Shown: positions 30,634 through 42,584, counted from the stretch's first letter. The stretch: DNA of 64,000 bases from Demequina sp. (GCA_024707205.1 JANQAD010000001.1:1327979-1391978); one strand, 5' to 3'. Notes: generated by a model not told the origin, from the letters alone. Translations and numbers: made by a program.

Positions 30634-31170
30634 GTGGCGACGTGGCCAGCGGTGCTCGACGAGCTGATCCGGACGCGCCGCGGCGCGCTCGTGGGTTTCG
30701 CGGCGCTGCTCACCGGCGACCTCACTAGCGCCGAAGACGTGGTGCACGACGCGATCGTCAAGTCGTTCTCGCGCGGCCGCGGCTTCGCGCACGTCAACCA
30801 GGCGGACGCCTATGTGCGCCGCGCAATAGTCTCCGTCTTCATTGACCGGACGCGACGCGAACAGCGGTTTCGCGACGCGGCGCCGGCTCTCGTTGGCAGG
30901 CCCGACGCTGTGGTTACGTCCGAGGGGAACGTCGACTTGGATCGCGCGCTCGCTTCCTTGAGCCCGCAGCTGAGGGTGGTCATTGTGCTGCGCTTCTATG
31001 ACGACCTCACCGTGCCGCAGATCTCCTCGGCAATGGGCGTGGCGGAGGGGACAGTCAAGAGGTATCTGCACGATGCGCAGGCGATCCTCGCGACGTCATA
31101 CGGCGAGGACTTCGAGGGAGTGGCGGACGAGGTCTCCGTGGTGACGCCGACGGGAAGGAGGGCGCGGTGA
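30634..31170 (+). CDS. ECF sigma factor (SigE-like family), copy 2
   Basis: AEDVVHDAIVKSF, YVRRAI, RVVIVLRFYDDLTVPQI...AEGTVKRYL; start set by alignment with the other copies. Confidence 0.92.
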   Translation: MATWPAVLDELIRTRRGALVGFAALLTGDLTSAEDVVHDAIVKSFSRGRGFAHVNQADAYVRRAIVSVFIDRTRREQRFRDAAPALVGRPDAVVTSEGNVDLDRALASLSPQLRVVIVLRFYDDLTVPQISSAMGVAEGTVKRYLHDAQAILATSYGEDFEGVADEVSVVTPTGRRAR

Positions 31171-32288
31171 GCCTTCAGACTGAACTGCGCGGGCGGGCAA
31201 TGGGCTACGCGGCCGAGTGGGAGGGGGCGCGCCCTCCGTCGGATGGGGTGCGCGAGTTGCAGAGCCAGGTCACGCGGAGGCGACGTGTGCGCTCAGCCGT
31301 GGGGGCCGTCGGCGCTATTGCGTGCGTGGCGATTGTCCTCGCTGTGGTGTACGCGGCGATCGGGCGCGAGGCAGAGCCCGCTACGAGCACGAGCGGCCCC
31401 GCGCTCTTGGCACCGCTGGCGAACCTCGGCCCAGACGATGTGGTGCTCACGGTCCAGGATCAGGAGCCGGCCAACATCGCCGGCCTGGGGCCACGGGGCG
31501 TGTACGTCGTGAGTGCGCAAGGGGACGTGGTGGTGAAGCTCTCCGAGGCCCTGGTGCGGTCGGCGCTCGGCGCCACGGTCGAGGCTTGGCCCGATGTGGA
31601 GCTCCTGGCCGTCGACACAGAGCAGGATCTCGCGGTGTTCCGCCTCTCGCACCCAACTGCGTACGTGGTCCCGCACGTCGCCGTTGTGGACTTAAGGACC
31701 GGGGCGACGGTGGAGCTGGACCCGTGCGAATCCACCGTTGAGCGACTCAATGTAACGCCGTGGTGCCTCGAGCCGGCCACCGGGCCCGCACTGCTCGTTG
31801 ATCCGGTCACCGGGGAAACGGTCACGCTCGACAAATACACGGAGTGCGTGGCGGCGGGTGAGCGATTTGGCGCCGCCGTGGTGGCGGTGTGCAGTGCGAA
31901 CGTCGCTGACCGCTACCTCGTCACGTGGAACCCGGCAACGGGCGCCAGGGCTGCGCAAGCCTTGGGACTGGGTCAGCTTGTCGCCCCGTGGATCGTGGAC
32001 GGCAAGCTGTACCTGAACTCGTCCACCACGGAGGGCGGTCAGATCCTTGTCGATGCAGGCGGGGCCACGGTCGAGATAGGCGGCGGCCCGGCCGGTGGTG
32101 TTGCGCAGGTTGGCGACCAACTGTTGGTGTACACGGGCTCCGATCCGTGGGGCGCCGCCTCGTCCTATGGGCACGCGCTGGGGCTCTGGTCGCCGGCGAC
32201 GGGCGAGTTCACGGCCATCAAGGGCGTCCAGCTCGGCGCCGGGACGACTGTCTCCGCGGTCACGATCCTTGGCCAGGACTCTCCGTAG
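31167..32288 (+). CDS. Putative anti-sigma/membrane partner with beta-rich ectodomain
   Basis: GTGA overlap; RRRRVR then TM helix then unassigned ectodomain. Confidence 0.7.
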   Translation: MSLQTELRGRAMGYAAEWEGARPPSDGVRELQSQVTRRRRVRSAVGAVGAIACVAIVLAVVYAAIGREAEPATSTSGPALLAPLANLGPDDVVLTVQDQEPANIAGLGPRGVYVVSAQGDVVVKLSEALVRSALGATVEAWPDVELLAVDTEQDLAVFRLSHPTAYVVPHVAVVDLRTGATVELDPCESTVERLNVTPWCLEPATGPALLVDPVTGETVTLDKYTECVAAGERFGAAVVAVCSANVADRYLVTWNPATGARAAQALGLGQLVAPWIVDGKLYLNSSTTEGGQILVDAGGATVEIGGGPAGGVAQVGDQLLVYTGSDPWGAASSYGHALGLWSPATGEFTAIKGVQLGAGTTVSAVTILGQDSP

Positions 32289-32300
32289 CGTGTAGCGAGG

Positions 32301-33563
32301 TTAGCTGAGGCCGAGCGCCCGGCGCATGGGTTCGAGCTTGGCCTCGGACTCGGCCCACTCGTCTGCGGGGTCGGAGGCCGCCACGATGCCGCACCCGGCA
32401 AACAGGCGAAGCGAGCGGGGGTCGGAAGGCGAGATCTCCGCCGACCTGAGCCCGATGCACCACTCGCCGTCCCCGGCCGCGTCGATCCAACCGACCGGGC
32501 CCGCGTAGCGGCCGCGATCAAGTCCCTCGAGCTCGTCGATCACCCGGGCGGCTGCCAGCGTGGGCGTGCCGCACACCGCGGCGGACGGGTGCAGCTCGCG
32601 CACCAGTTCCAGCGCGGACACGTTGTGCGAGAGCACGCCCGTCACGTCCGTAGCGAGGTGCATGACGTTGGGGAGGTGCAGCACGGACGGCTCGTCCGGA
32701 ACGTTGACGGACCCGCAGTGCTCTGCCAGCACCTGGGTCACGGAGCGCACCGCGTACTCGTGCTCCTCGCGATCCTTCGACGACCGGGCAAGCGCTCCCG
32801 CGCGTGCAAGATCGCCCATGTCGTCGCCGGTCATGCGAATGGTCCCGGCGAGCACGCGTGAGGCGACCAGCCCGTGGTCCACGCGGACCAGCAGTTCGGG
32901 AGTGGCGCCAACGAGGCCGTCCACGTGGAACGCCCAGCACGTCGGGTACTCGGCGGCCAGGGGAGCGAGCAGCGTGCGCACGTCAACGGGGCGAGACGAT
33001 CGCGCCCCCACCGCCCGCGCGAGCACCACCTTCTCGAGCTCCCCCTGCTGAATCCGTGCCACGGCCGCGCTCACCGAAGCGCGCCAGGCCCCCTCGTCCC
33101 CGGCGTCAACCGTTACCTCGCCAAGGGGCGCGGGCTGCGCATACATGACCCGAGCGTCGGCCAGGCTTGGGAGTTCCTCCGCCGAATCCTCGCTGATGAC
33201 CGTGAACCAATGCGCCCCCTCGTGGGTGCCGACGACGAACCGTGGCACCACGAGCGCCCCGCCGGCCGGCGAGTCGTCTGCGAACGAGAACGAGCCGAAC
33301 GCGAGCAGCCCAGTGCCGCGGGCGCGCACCTCGTCGCGGATCGCGGCGTGCCGCACGAGGCGACGCCACCATGCGGCCGCGTCATCTAGGCGCGCGGGCC
33401 CGGAAACGTCGATGCGCGCGATCTCCCCCCACGCGACCATCCCCTCGTCGCGGCGCACCCAGGAGATTCCGGCCTCGGGAAGCACCTCGAGCAGCGGCCC
33501 GGGGTCATCGATCGCGATGGTGCGCACCGTGAGTGGGCCGGGGGTGGGCGCGTGGACGGTCAC
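32301..33563 (-). CDS. menF: Isochorismate synthase
   Basis: KVVLAR, GATPELL, LAGT, KDREEH, HPSAAVCG, RGRYAG, FAGCGIV; start GTG 33563 after TACGCT-N6. Confidence 0.88.
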   Translation of the reverse strand: MTVHAPTPGPLTVRTIAIDDPGPLLEVLPEAGISWVRRDEGMVAWGEIARIDVSGPARLDDAAAWWRRLVRHAAIRDEVRARGTGLLAFGSFSFADDSPAGGALVVPRFVVGTHEGAHWFTVISEDSAEELPSLADARVMYAQPAPLGEVTVDAGDEGAWRASVSAAVARIQQGELEKVVLARAVGARSSRPVDVRTLLAPLAAEYPTCWAFHVDGLVGATPELLVRVDHGLVASRVLAGTIRMTGDDMGDLARAGALARSSKDREEHEYAVRSVTQVLAEHCGSVNVPDEPSVLHLPNVMHLATDVTGVLSHNVSALELVRELHPSAAVCGTPTLAAARVIDELEGLDRGRYAGPVGWIDAAGDGEWCIGLRSAEISPSDPRSLRLFAGCGIVAASDPADEWAESEAKLEPMRRALGLS

Positions 33564-33567
33564 CGGG

Positions 33568-34818
33568 CTAGCGTACGGCGAGCCGGTGCAGGTGATCGTT
33601 CGCGAACCTTCCCTTGGGGTCGCGCTCGGCGAAGACTGCGCGCGCGTCCGCGAGCCGCGGGTATGCCGCCGCGATGCGCCCGGCATCGAAGGCGTGCCAC
33701 TTGCCCCAGTGCGGCCGCGGCGCGAACGGCTCGAGCGCGCGCTCGATGTCAGGCAGCACCTCCGCCACCGGGCCCGGCAGATTGCGCCACGTGAAGTGGA
33801 TCGCGAGCGTGTCCCGTCCGTAGGCGCCGCTGAGCCACAGCCCGTCGGCCGCGACGGTGCGCAGCTCGGTGATCATGAGCAGCGGGTCAATGCGCGAGGC
33901 GAGGGCGCGCACCGCCGTCAGGGCCTCGGCCGCGTCCTCGCGCGCCACGAAGTACTCGGTCTGGATCTCGTCGCCGTTGCTTGGCGTCCCGTCGAGGCGG
34001 AAGTGGGGCAGGCGGTGCAGCCACGGGCCCGGCGTCCCCTGCTCGGTGAGATCGTTGGGGTCGCCACCCACGAGCTGGGTTGGCACGTCCAGTCGTGCGC
34101 CGCCCATCCAGCCCGACGCCGGGGCCGGGTCCCGCTCGACCCGCCGCTTCACCCATACCTGCTCGAGCGTCGGCTCTCCCCACCGGGTGAAGACGGAGAC
34201 TGAGTACGCGGCGGCGAGGATGGTGTCCGGCTCGTCGAGCAGCGCGGACCACGAAATGCCGGTGTGAACGTCCTGTTGCACCTCGTAGGTGGGCTGGATG
34301 GCGAGGGTGATCCGCGTGATGATCCCGAACGCGCCGAGCCCCACGGCGAGGGCGTGGAGGTCGAGTTCGCCGCGGTGAACGGACACGATGGATCCGCTCG
34401 CGTCGAGGTACTCGAGCCCCACCACAGCCGTGGACAGGTTGCCGTTGCCCACCCCCGACCCGTGCGTTCCCGTCTGAGTTGCACCCGCAACGGAGATGTG
34501 GGGGAGCGAACCCAAGTTGTGCAGGGCCCAGCCGCGCTCCTCAAGCCACTCCGCGAGCACCCCGTAGCGCGTGCCGGCGCTCACGGTGACGGTGTGCGCG
34601 GCCTCGTCGAGCTCGGGGTCCGGCGGCACCTCGACGAGCGTCACGAGCGTCCCGGCCGTGTCCGCTAGGTCGTGGAAGGAGTGCCTGGTCCCGAGAGCGC
34701 GGATGGGGCCTGTGGTGCCCGCGACCACGTCGGCCACCTCATCGAGCGAGCGAGCGACCACGAGGCGCGCCGCGCCGAAGGTGTGGGTTCCCGCCCAGGT
34801 GGCGCCAGCGTCGGGCAT
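33568..34818 (-). CDS. FAD-linked alditol/xylitol oxidase-like protein
   Basis: RALGTRHSF (covalent FAD His), NLGSLPHISVAG, EIQTEYFV, RPHWGK. Confidence 0.85.
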   Translation of the reverse strand: MPDAGATWAGTHTFGAARLVVARSLDEVADVVAGTTGPIRALGTRHSFHDLADTAGTLVTLVEVPPDPELDEAAHTVTVSAGTRYGVLAEWLEERGWALHNLGSLPHISVAGATQTGTHGSGVGNGNLSTAVVGLEYLDASGSIVSVHRGELDLHALAVGLGAFGIITRITLAIQPTYEVQQDVHTGISWSALLDEPDTILAAAYSVSVFTRWGEPTLEQVWVKRRVERDPAPASGWMGGARLDVPTQLVGGDPNDLTEQGTPGPWLHRLPHFRLDGTPSNGDEIQTEYFVAREDAAEALTAVRALASRIDPLLMITELRTVAADGLWLSGAYGRDTLAIHFTWRNLPGPVAEVLPDIERALEPFAPRPHWGKWHAFDAGRIAAAYPRLADARAVFAERDPKGRFANDHLHRLAVR

Positions 34819-34827
34819 GGCACGAGC

Positions 34828-36773
34828 CTAGGCGGGAGCGTGGGTGAAGGGTGCGATGATCGGCGCGCGCGCCGTGCGGTGCTCGGGCTCGAGCATGTGC
34901 GCCGCGAAGAACTCGGTGAGCTCCGAACGCGCATTGAGAGGAAGCACCCCGGCCACGTACATGTCGGGGCGCACCACGACGATCGCGCCCTCTCGGCTGA
35001 TGCTCCGATCCCGGTGGATGTCGCGCCCATGGCCGCTCGCGAAGATCTGGTTGTTGTCCCTGAGACCGAACGGCACCTTGACCGGCCTGAAGGCCGCAGG
35101 GACGTCGGAGGGGTCCAAATCGGTGTATTCCTGCTGGTAGATGACCTTGGTGTCGAACACGGCATCATCGTCGCCATCGCCAGGGGTGAAGCGGACGCGC
35201 GGCGAGGCGGGATCGTTGGCCCACCACTCGGCGAAGTCCGCGACGGGCGTCCCGGACACCGCAGGCGCCGAGGAGTCGGCGGACACGTAGACGCGCCAGC
35301 GGCCGTCGGCCTCGTGAAAGTGACCGAGGTGCTGCCAGCGGTTGTCCGCTCGCTGGATGACCTCGGCCGACTTGAACCGCTTGCCAACGGGGTAGTCGGT
35401 CGCGAGGTCCTGGTGCTCGGCGCCGAGGGTGATCTGCGAGGTCGAGTATTGCGTCATGAAGCCCGCGGGGAACTCCATCGTGGCCACGTAGTAGCGCTCG
35501 AGCTCCCCCGGGTCCTCCCAGGAGTCAACCGGGCGGGCGAGCATCTCCGCCCACTCCTTGTCGAAGTCGATGAGGTTCTGGGCGATCACCTTGCGCTCGG
35601 CCGCATAGGTCGCGAGGAGCGATTCCGGGGCTCGCCTCTCGAGGACCGCAGCGAGCTTCCAACCGAGGTTGAACCCGTCCTGAATTGACACGTTCATTCC
35701 CTGGCCGGCCTTCGCGGAGTGCGTATGGCATGCGTCGCCCATGATGAAGGCGTGAGGCGCGCGCACGCCCGCGAGTTCCGGGGGAACGTCGTCGAAGCCG
35801 TCGGCGATCCGGTGTGCAACCTCGTAGACCGACCACCAGGTGACCGCCCGCACATCGAGCGTGTAGGGCGAGAGGATGCGATTGGCCCGGTCGATCATCG
35901 CCTCGATGGGAGTCGCCCGCACGGCCCCGCCGTCCTGCTCGTCCACCTCGCCCAGGTCCACGTACATGCGAGACAGATTGCCGCCCTCGCGCGGGATCAG
36001 CAGGATGTTGCCCGCGTCGCGGGACTGGATGGAGCACTTGACCTGGAAGTCGGGGAAGTCCGTGTTCGCCATGACGTCCATGACGCCCCACGCGTGCAGG
36101 GAGGCCTCTCCGTGCAGGCTGTGACCGAGCGCGGTGCGCACGGCGCTGCGGGCGCCATCTCCGCCAACGAGGTACTTGGCGCGAACCGTGCGCTCCTCGC
36201 CTTCGCGGGGGCCCGCGGTGTACCGGACTCGCGCGGTGACCGCGAACTCGGCGTCAGGGTCGATGGTGCAATCGACGAACTCGATGCCGTAGTCCGGCAC
36301 GATTCGCCCGGGCGCTCGCTCGGCATCCCTCAGGAAGTAGTCGAGGATCCGCGACTGATTGACGTAGATGTGGGGAAACTCGCTCAGGCCCGTGGCGTCG
36401 TCCGGCGCGCGGGACACCCTGACGATCTTCGAAGGGTCCTCCGGTGAGGGCTTCCACCAGCACATCTCGACGTTGCGGTACGCCTCTTCGATCACCTCGT
36501 TCGCGAAGCCGAACGCCTGAAAGGTCTCGACCGAGCGCGCCTGAATGCCGTCGGCCTGGCCCACCTCGAGCCTGCCCGCGCGTCGCTCGATCGCCCGAGC
36601 GTTGATAGACGGGAAGCGCGAGAGTTGGGCGGTCACCACGGTCGCGGCCGCCCCGTGCCCACGATGAGCACGTCCATCTCGTCGGGCAGCTCTCGCGGAC
36701 GGTCAATGCCGTACCCCTTGGCGGGCCGGATCCGAGGGTCACCTGACTCGTAGCCGCGGAAGTGAATCTGCAT
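34828..36773 (-). CDS. Phenol 2-/3-hydroxybenzoate 4-monooxygenase family flavoprotein, 1-nt frameshift near 36650
   Basis: MQIHFRGYESGDP N-terminus, GQADGI, VGGDGARS, GDACHTHSAKAGQGMN, C-terminal VVRPDMYV thioredoxin-like domain. Confidence 0.85.
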
Positions 36774-36890
36774 CGTTGAATCTCCCCGCTCGGCGCCGAT
36801 GCCGAGGTAGTATTGTCTCTATAGTTGAGACAAAAGTGCAACTATCGAACAAGAATAGGCGAAAGCACCAACTACCGCAAGGAGACCTCG

Positions 36891-37550
36891 ATGGCGACCG
36901 AACGCGTGGAAACCGGCTCCCAGACCCTGGCGCGCGGCCTGAGCGCGCTCGCCATGATCGGCGAGTCCGAGCGTCCCCTGACGGTGGGAGAACTCGCCGA
37001 GCGCCTCGGCGTGCACCGGTCCATGGCGTACCGCCTCGTCAAGACGCTCGAGTCCCACGGCTTCGTGGAGCGTCTCGCGTCCGGAGACCTGACCATCGGG
37101 GCACGACTCGTCGCGGTGGCGCGCGGCGCCTCTCGCGACCTGCAGTCGGCAGCCTCGCCGGAACTCGGCGCCGTCGCCGACGACCTGGACATGACCGCGT
37201 TCCTCGTCACCTTCGACGGAGAGGCCGCGGTCACGCTGACGAGCGCCGAGCCGCGCCGTGCGGATTCGACCGTGGCGCAGCGCCCTGGCAGCCGCCACAG
37301 CATCGACGCCGGTGCACCGGGCCGGGTCATCCGCTCGCAGCTGGACCCCGCGCAGTTTCCGCCCGCCCGCTTCGAGCACAGCCACGACGAGGTGTTCGCC
37401 GGGCTGTCGTCGGTCGCCGTGCCCCTGCGGTTGCCCGGCGGGCGCCCGGCAGCGGTCGCGGTCGTCTACCTCAGAAGACCGATCGACAAGGAGGCCGTGG
37501 CCGATCGGCTCGCCGCCGCGGCCGCCCGCATAGCCGCGGCGGTGCACTGA
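36891..37550 (+). CDS. IclR-family transcriptional regulator
   Basis: SQTLARGL, LGVHRSMAYRLVKTLE HTH; divergent from the monooxygenase. Confidence 0.88.
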   Translation: MATERVETGSQTLARGLSALAMIGESERPLTVGELAERLGVHRSMAYRLVKTLESHGFVERLASGDLTIGARLVAVARGASRDLQSAASPELGAVADDLDMTAFLVTFDGEAAVTLTSAEPRRADSTVAQRPGSRHSIDAGAPGRVIRSQLDPAQFPPARFEHSHDEVFAGLSSVAVPLRLPGGRPAAVAVVYLRRPIDKEAVADRLAAAAARIAAAVH

Positions 37551-37633
37551 GCGGGGAGATCCCTCCTCCGGGGCGAACCTAGGCGCGCGCCCCGCGTACA
37601 AGGTCCCGGTCGAGCGCGATTACCCTGGATGGC

Positions 37634-38903
37634 GTGAAGACCGAGGCCGATGTCATCGTCGTCGGCGCGGGTCCAGGAGGCGCCTCCGCCGCGCGCTACC
37701 TCGCGACCGAGGGCTTCGACGTCATCGCCCTCGAGAAGTCCCGCTTCCCCCGCGAGAAGGTCTGCGGCGACGGCCTCACCCCCGCGCGGTGCGCGAGCTC
37801 CAGCTGATCGGCCTGCCGACCCCGCGCGAGGAGGGCTGGATCCCCAACCGCGGCCTGCGCATGATCGGCGGCGGCCACCGCCTCGAGTTCCCATGGCACG
37901 AGCTCGAGTCCTTCCCGGACTACGGCCTGAGCCTCCCGCGAGCGGCCTTCGATCACCGCCTCGCCGAGCACGCCCGCGCCGCAGGGGCCGACGTTCGGGA
38001 GGCCTGGCACGTCGACGCACCCCTGCGCGAGGTCGGCAGGGTGGTGGGGGTCACCGCTCGCGAGGTGGACGACGCCGGGCGCAAGTCGGGCGAGTCCGTT
38101 GAGTTTCGCGCCCCCTGGTGATCGCGGCCGACGGGGTCAGCGCGCGGATGGCGCTCGGCTTGGGGATCGAGCGCAAGAAGAATCGCCCCATGGGCGTCGC
38201 CGTGCGGACCTACTTTCAGACCGCTCGTCACGACGAGGAGTGGATGGAGGGGCACCTCACCATCCGCGACCGTTCCCAGGGCAAGGACAAGCTGCTGCCC
38301 GGATATGGGTGGATTTTCCCCCTTGGCGACGGCACCGCGAATGTGGGCTTGGGCACACTCAGCGCCAAAGGCACGCCCTCGAAGCTGGACCACAGGGCGA
38401 TGCTCAGGGAGTGGCTTGCCACGTCCGCAGAGGACTGGGAGTTCGGCGAGCAGGTGGGCGAGGTCAAGGGCGCCGCGATCCCCATGGCCTTCAACCGCCA
38501 GCCCCACTACATGCCAGGCATGATGCTCATCGGCGACTCCGGCGGCATGGTCAACCCGTTCAACGGCGAGGGAATCGCGTACGCGATGCAGGCCGCCCGC
38601 CGGGCCACGGAGGCGGCGGTCGGAGCGCGCGAGGCGACCACAGCGTCGGGCCGCGAGGCGGCACTTCAGGGCTACGCCCGAATGATGAAGGACGACCTCG
38701 GCGGCTACTACTCGCTTGGCCGCGTGTTCGCCTCTCTCGTTGAACACCCGAGCGTCATGGAGGCATGCACCCGGTACGGGCTTCCGCGTCCGCTCATCAT
38801 GGATTTTGTCTCTAGACTGCTGGCAGACGTTTATGAGCCCCGCGGTGGGTCATGGTCAGACCGGATGCTGGCCCTGATGACGAAGATCGCCCCGGCGGCT
38901 TAA
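37634..38903 (+). CDS. menJ: Menaquinone reductase (geranylgeranyl reductase family), frameshifts at ~37779-37783 and ~38111-38115
   Basis: VGAGPGG, REKVCGDGLTP, IAADG, GYGWIFP, IGDSGGMVNPFNGEGI; upstream of nuoA. Confidence 0.85.
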
Positions 38904-38936
38904 AGGCGCGCCACTTGTGAAGAAGGAAGGCCTGGC

Positions 38937-39296
38937 ATGAATCCCTACGTGCCGATCATCGTGATGATGGTGGTCGCCGGACTCCTTGCCGTAGGCGCGC
39001 TCGCGGCATCCCGGTTCCTCGGCCCGCACCGCGACAACGCCGCGAAGCTCGACCGCTACGAGTCAGGACTGCAGCCGACTCCTGGCGCCACCGGGGGCGG
39101 CCGCATGCCGATCAAGTACTACCTCGTCGCGATGACGTTCATCGTGTTCGACGTCGAGGTGGTGTTCCTGTATCCGTGGGCCGTCTCGCACGCGGCACTT
39201 GGCTGGTTCGGCCTCTTCGCGATCATGACATTCGTGGTGCTCATCACGATCCCCTTCGTGTACGAGTGGCGCCGCGGCGGATTTGAGTGGGAGTGA
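38937..39296 (+). CDS. nuoA: NADH-quinone oxidoreductase subunit A
   Basis: [18 protein letters not shown]. Confidence 0.95.
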   Translation: MNPYVPIIVMMVVAGLLAVGALAASRFLGPHRDNAAKLDRYESGLQPTPGATGGGRMPIKYYLVAMTFIVFDVEVVFLYPWAVSHAALGWFGLFAIMTFVVLITIPFVYEWRRGGFEWE

Positions 39297-39299
39297 ACC

Positions 39300-39851
39300 A
39301 TGGGCATTGAGGAATCCGCACCGCCGTTCATGCTCGGCACGGTCGAGGGGCTGCTCGGCTGGGCGCGCTCAGGCTCGCTGTGGCCCGCGACCTTCGGCCT
39401 CGCGTGCTGCGCGATCGAGATGATGAGCACCGGCACACCGCGCTTCGACATCGCGCGCATCGGCATGGAGGTCTTCCGCGGCTCCCCGCGCCAGGCGGAC
39501 CTGATGATCGTCGCCGGCCGCGTCTCCAACAAGATGGCGCCCATCGTGCGCCAGGTCTACGACCAGATGCCGGAGCCCAAGTGGGTGCTCGCCATGGGCG
39601 TGTGCGCCTCGTCCGGCGGAATGTTCAACAACTACGCCATCGTGCCTGGTGTTGACCACATTGTGCCGGTCGACATCTACCTTCCCGGCTGCCCGCCGCG
39701 CCCCGAGATGCTGCTCAACGCGCTGCTCGAGCTGCACACGCAGATCCAGAACACTCCCCTGGGCGCCAACCGCCGCGAGATCGCTGCCGCCGCCGAGGCC
39801 GCCGCGCTCAAGGCGACGCCCACCTCCGACATGATGGGGCTGCTCAGGTGA
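39300..39851 (+). CDS. nuoB: NADH-quinone oxidoreductase subunit B
   Basis: [26 protein letters not shown]. Confidence 0.97.
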   Translation: MGIEESAPPFMLGTVEGLLGWARSGSLWPATFGLACCAIEMMSTGTPRFDIARIGMEVFRGSPRQADLMIVAGRVSNKMAPIVRQVYDQMPEPKWVLAMGVCASSGGMFNNYAIVPGVDHIVPVDIYLPGCPPRPEMLLNALLELHTQIQNTPLGANRREIAAAAEAAALKATPTSDMMGLLR

Positions 39852-40567
39852 GTGACGCGACCGAGGTGACCCCAGCGTCGGACCAGCAGGCGCCCGACGG
39901 TATGGCCGACGGCCGCGAGCCGCTGACCCTCATCAATGTGCGCACCGGCATGTTCGGCGCTCGCGGCGACACCTCCGGATACGACGGCCTCGTTCGCCGC
40001 ATCGAGATGCCCGGCGCGACCGACCGTCCCTACGGCGAGTGGTTCGACGGCGTCGTCGACATCCTCGAGGAGCTGCTTGGCGATCGCGCGAGCGAGGCCA
40101 TCGAGTACGTGGTCGTCGACCGCGGGGAGCTCACGCTCTACATCGCGCGCGAGCACCTTCCAGAGGTGGCGCGCCACCTGCGCGACGACCAGGACCTCCG
40201 CTTCGAGATGTGCCTTGGCGTCTCCGGCGTTCACTACCCGGCGGAGACGGGCCGCGAGCTCCACGCCGTATATCCGATGCAGTCGATCACCCACAACCGC
40301 CGCCTGCGGCTCGAGGTGGCGGTGGCGGACGAGGACCCGCACATCCCGTCCATCGTCGACATCTACCCGATGAACAACTGGCACGAGCGCGAGACGTGGG
40401 ACTTCTTCGGAATCATCTTCGACGGCCACCCTTCGCTCGCGCGCATCGAGATGCCGGACGACTGGATCGGCCACCCGCAGCGCAAGGACTACCCGCTTGG
40501 CGGCATCCCCGTGGAGTACAAGGGCGCCTCCATCCCCTCTCCTGACGAGCGGAGGCAGTACCGATGA
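39848..40567 (+). CDS. nuoC: NADH-quinone oxidoreductase subunit C
   Basis: [21 protein letters not shown]. Confidence 0.96.
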   Translation: MSDATEVTPASDQQAPDGMADGREPLTLINVRTGMFGARGDTSGYDGLVRRIEMPGATDRPYGEWFDGVVDILEELLGDRASEAIEYVVVDRGELTLYIAREHLPEVARHLRDDQDLRFEMCLGVSGVHYPAETGRELHAVYPMQSITHNRRLRLEVAVADEDPHIPSIVDIYPMNNWHERETWDFFGIIFDGHPSLARIEMPDDWIGHPQRKDYPLGGIPVEYKGASIPSPDERRQYR

Positions 40568-41925
40568 CCGCGCAGTCAAAGAATGCGGAGCAGGCCTATC
40601 ACGCGATGGGCGCGTTCACCGACGACCCCGAGGCCGCCGAGTACTCCGCGTACGGCTCCGACTGGAGCGACATCGCCGACGAGGCCGCTCGCCTCGCGCA
40701 GCAGCGCATCGTCGTCAACATGGGACCGCAGCACCCCTCAACGCACGGCGTGCTCCGGGTCATGCTCGAGATCGAGGGCGAGACCGTCACCGAGACTCGC
40801 GCCGGCATCGGCTACCTGCACACCGGCATCGAGAAGAACATGGAGTTCCGCACCTGGACCCAGGGCGTGACTTTCTGCACGCGCATGGACTACGTCGCGT
40901 CCATGTTCCAGGAGGTCGTGTATTGCCTCGGCGTCGAGAAGCTGCTTGGCATCACGGACGACGTCCCCGAGCGCGCCAACGTGCTGCGCGTGCTCATGAT
41001 GGAGCTCACCCGCATCGGCTCCCACCTGGTCGCCGTTGGCACGGGCGGCAACGAGATGGGCGCCACCACGGTCATGACCGAGGCCTTCGTTGCCCGCGAG
41101 GACACCTTCCGCATCATCGAGATGGTCACGGGGCTGCGCACCAACAACGGCTACATCCGACCAGGGGGCGTTGCCCAAGACTCGCCCGTCGGCACGGTGG
41201 AGTACATCCGCGAGCTCATCCCGCGGATGCGCAAGCAGCTCGACAGCCTCGTTGACCTGCAGCTGCAGAACCCGATCTTCAAACTGCGCCTCAAGGACGT
41301 CGCCAACCTCAACCTCGCGGGCGCGATGGCGCTCGGCGTGACCGGGCCCATCCTGCGCTCGGCCGGCCTCCCGTACGACGTGCGCAAGGCCGACCCGTAC
41401 TGCGGCTACGAGACCTACGACTTCCAGGTGCCCACCAGCACCGATGGCGACGCCTACAGCCGCGTGGTGCTTCGCCTCGAGGAGTGCTACGAGTCGCTAA
41501 AGATCGTGGCGCAGTGCGCCGACCGGCTCGAGCAGCTCGAGGGCCAGCCCGTGATGGTCGCGGACAAGAAGATCGCGTGGCCCGCTCAGCTCGCCATCGG
41601 CCCGGATGGTCAGGGCAACTCGCTCGAGCACATCCGCCACATCATGGGTGAGTCCATGGAGGCGCTGATCCACCACTTCAAGCTGGTGACCGAAGGCTTC
41701 CAGGTTCCCGCGGGCCAGGTGTACACGGCGATCGAGGGCCCCAAGGGCCTGCTCGGGTGCCACCTGGTCTCCGATGGCGGCACCAAGCCGTGGCGCGCGC
41801 ACTTCCGCGACCCCGGCTTCAACAACCTGCAGTCGCTCGGCATCCTCACAGAGGGTGGTCAGATCGCGGACGTGGTGGTTGCCATCGCAACTATCGACAT
41901 GGTGCTTGGAGGTGTGGACCGATGA
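40564..41925 (+). CDS. nuoD: NADH-quinone oxidoreductase subunit D
   Basis: [29 protein letters not shown]. Confidence 0.97.
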   Translation: MTAQSKNAEQAYHAMGAFTDDPEAAEYSAYGSDWSDIADEAARLAQQRIVVNMGPQHPSTHGVLRVMLEIEGETVTETRAGIGYLHTGIEKNMEFRTWTQGVTFCTRMDYVASMFQEVVYCLGVEKLLGITDDVPERANVLRVLMMELTRIGSHLVAVGTGGNEMGATTVMTEAFVAREDTFRIIEMVTGLRTNNGYIRPGGVAQDSPVGTVEYIRELIPRMRKQLDSLVDLQLQNPIFKLRLKDVANLNLAGAMALGVTGPILRSAGLPYDVRKADPYCGYETYDFQVPTSTDGDAYSRVVLRLEECYESLKIVAQCADRLEQLEGQPVMVADKKIAWPAQLAIGPDGQGNSLEHIRHIMGESMEALIHHFKLVTEGFQVPAGQVYTAIEGPKGLLGCHLVSDGGTKPWRAHFRDPGFNNLQSLGILTEGGQIADVVVAIATIDMVLGGVDR

Positions 41926-42584
41926 CGTACGACGGGCCGACGCTCGAACAGCTCACGGCGGACGCGCAGGAGATCATCGCGCGCTACCCGGTGCCGCGCT
42001 CCGCGCTGCTGCCGCTGCTGCACCTGGTGCAGTCCGTGGACGGCTTCGTGAGCCCGGACGGCATCGCATTCTGCGCGGAGCTGCTCGACCTGAGCGCGGC
42101 CGAGGTCAGCGCCGTCGCCACGTTCTACACGCAGTACAAGCGCCGCCCGAACGGCGAGTACCAGGTGGGAGTCTGCACGAACACGCTATGCGCGATCATG
42201 GGCGGCGACCGCATCTGGGACGAGCTCAGCGGTCACTGCGGGGGTCGGCAACGGCGAGACCACCGCCGACGGTTCCATCACGCTCGAGCGCATCGAGTGC
42301 AACGCGGCCTGCGACTACGCGCCCGTGATGATGGTCAACTGGGAGTTCTTCGACAACCAGACCCCCGAGTCCGCGAAGCAGGTCGTCGACGACCTGCGTG
42401 CGGGCAAGGACGTCACCCCCACGCGCGGCCCCAACAAGGTGCAGACCTTCAAGCAGGTGGAGCGCGTGCTCGCCGGCTTCGAGGATGGCCTCGCCAACGA
42501 GGACCAGGGCGCCGGCGGCCCGACGCTGGCCGGGCTTGAGGCCGCGAAGGCGGCCGGGTGGAAGGCACCGAAGGGGGCAAAGGC

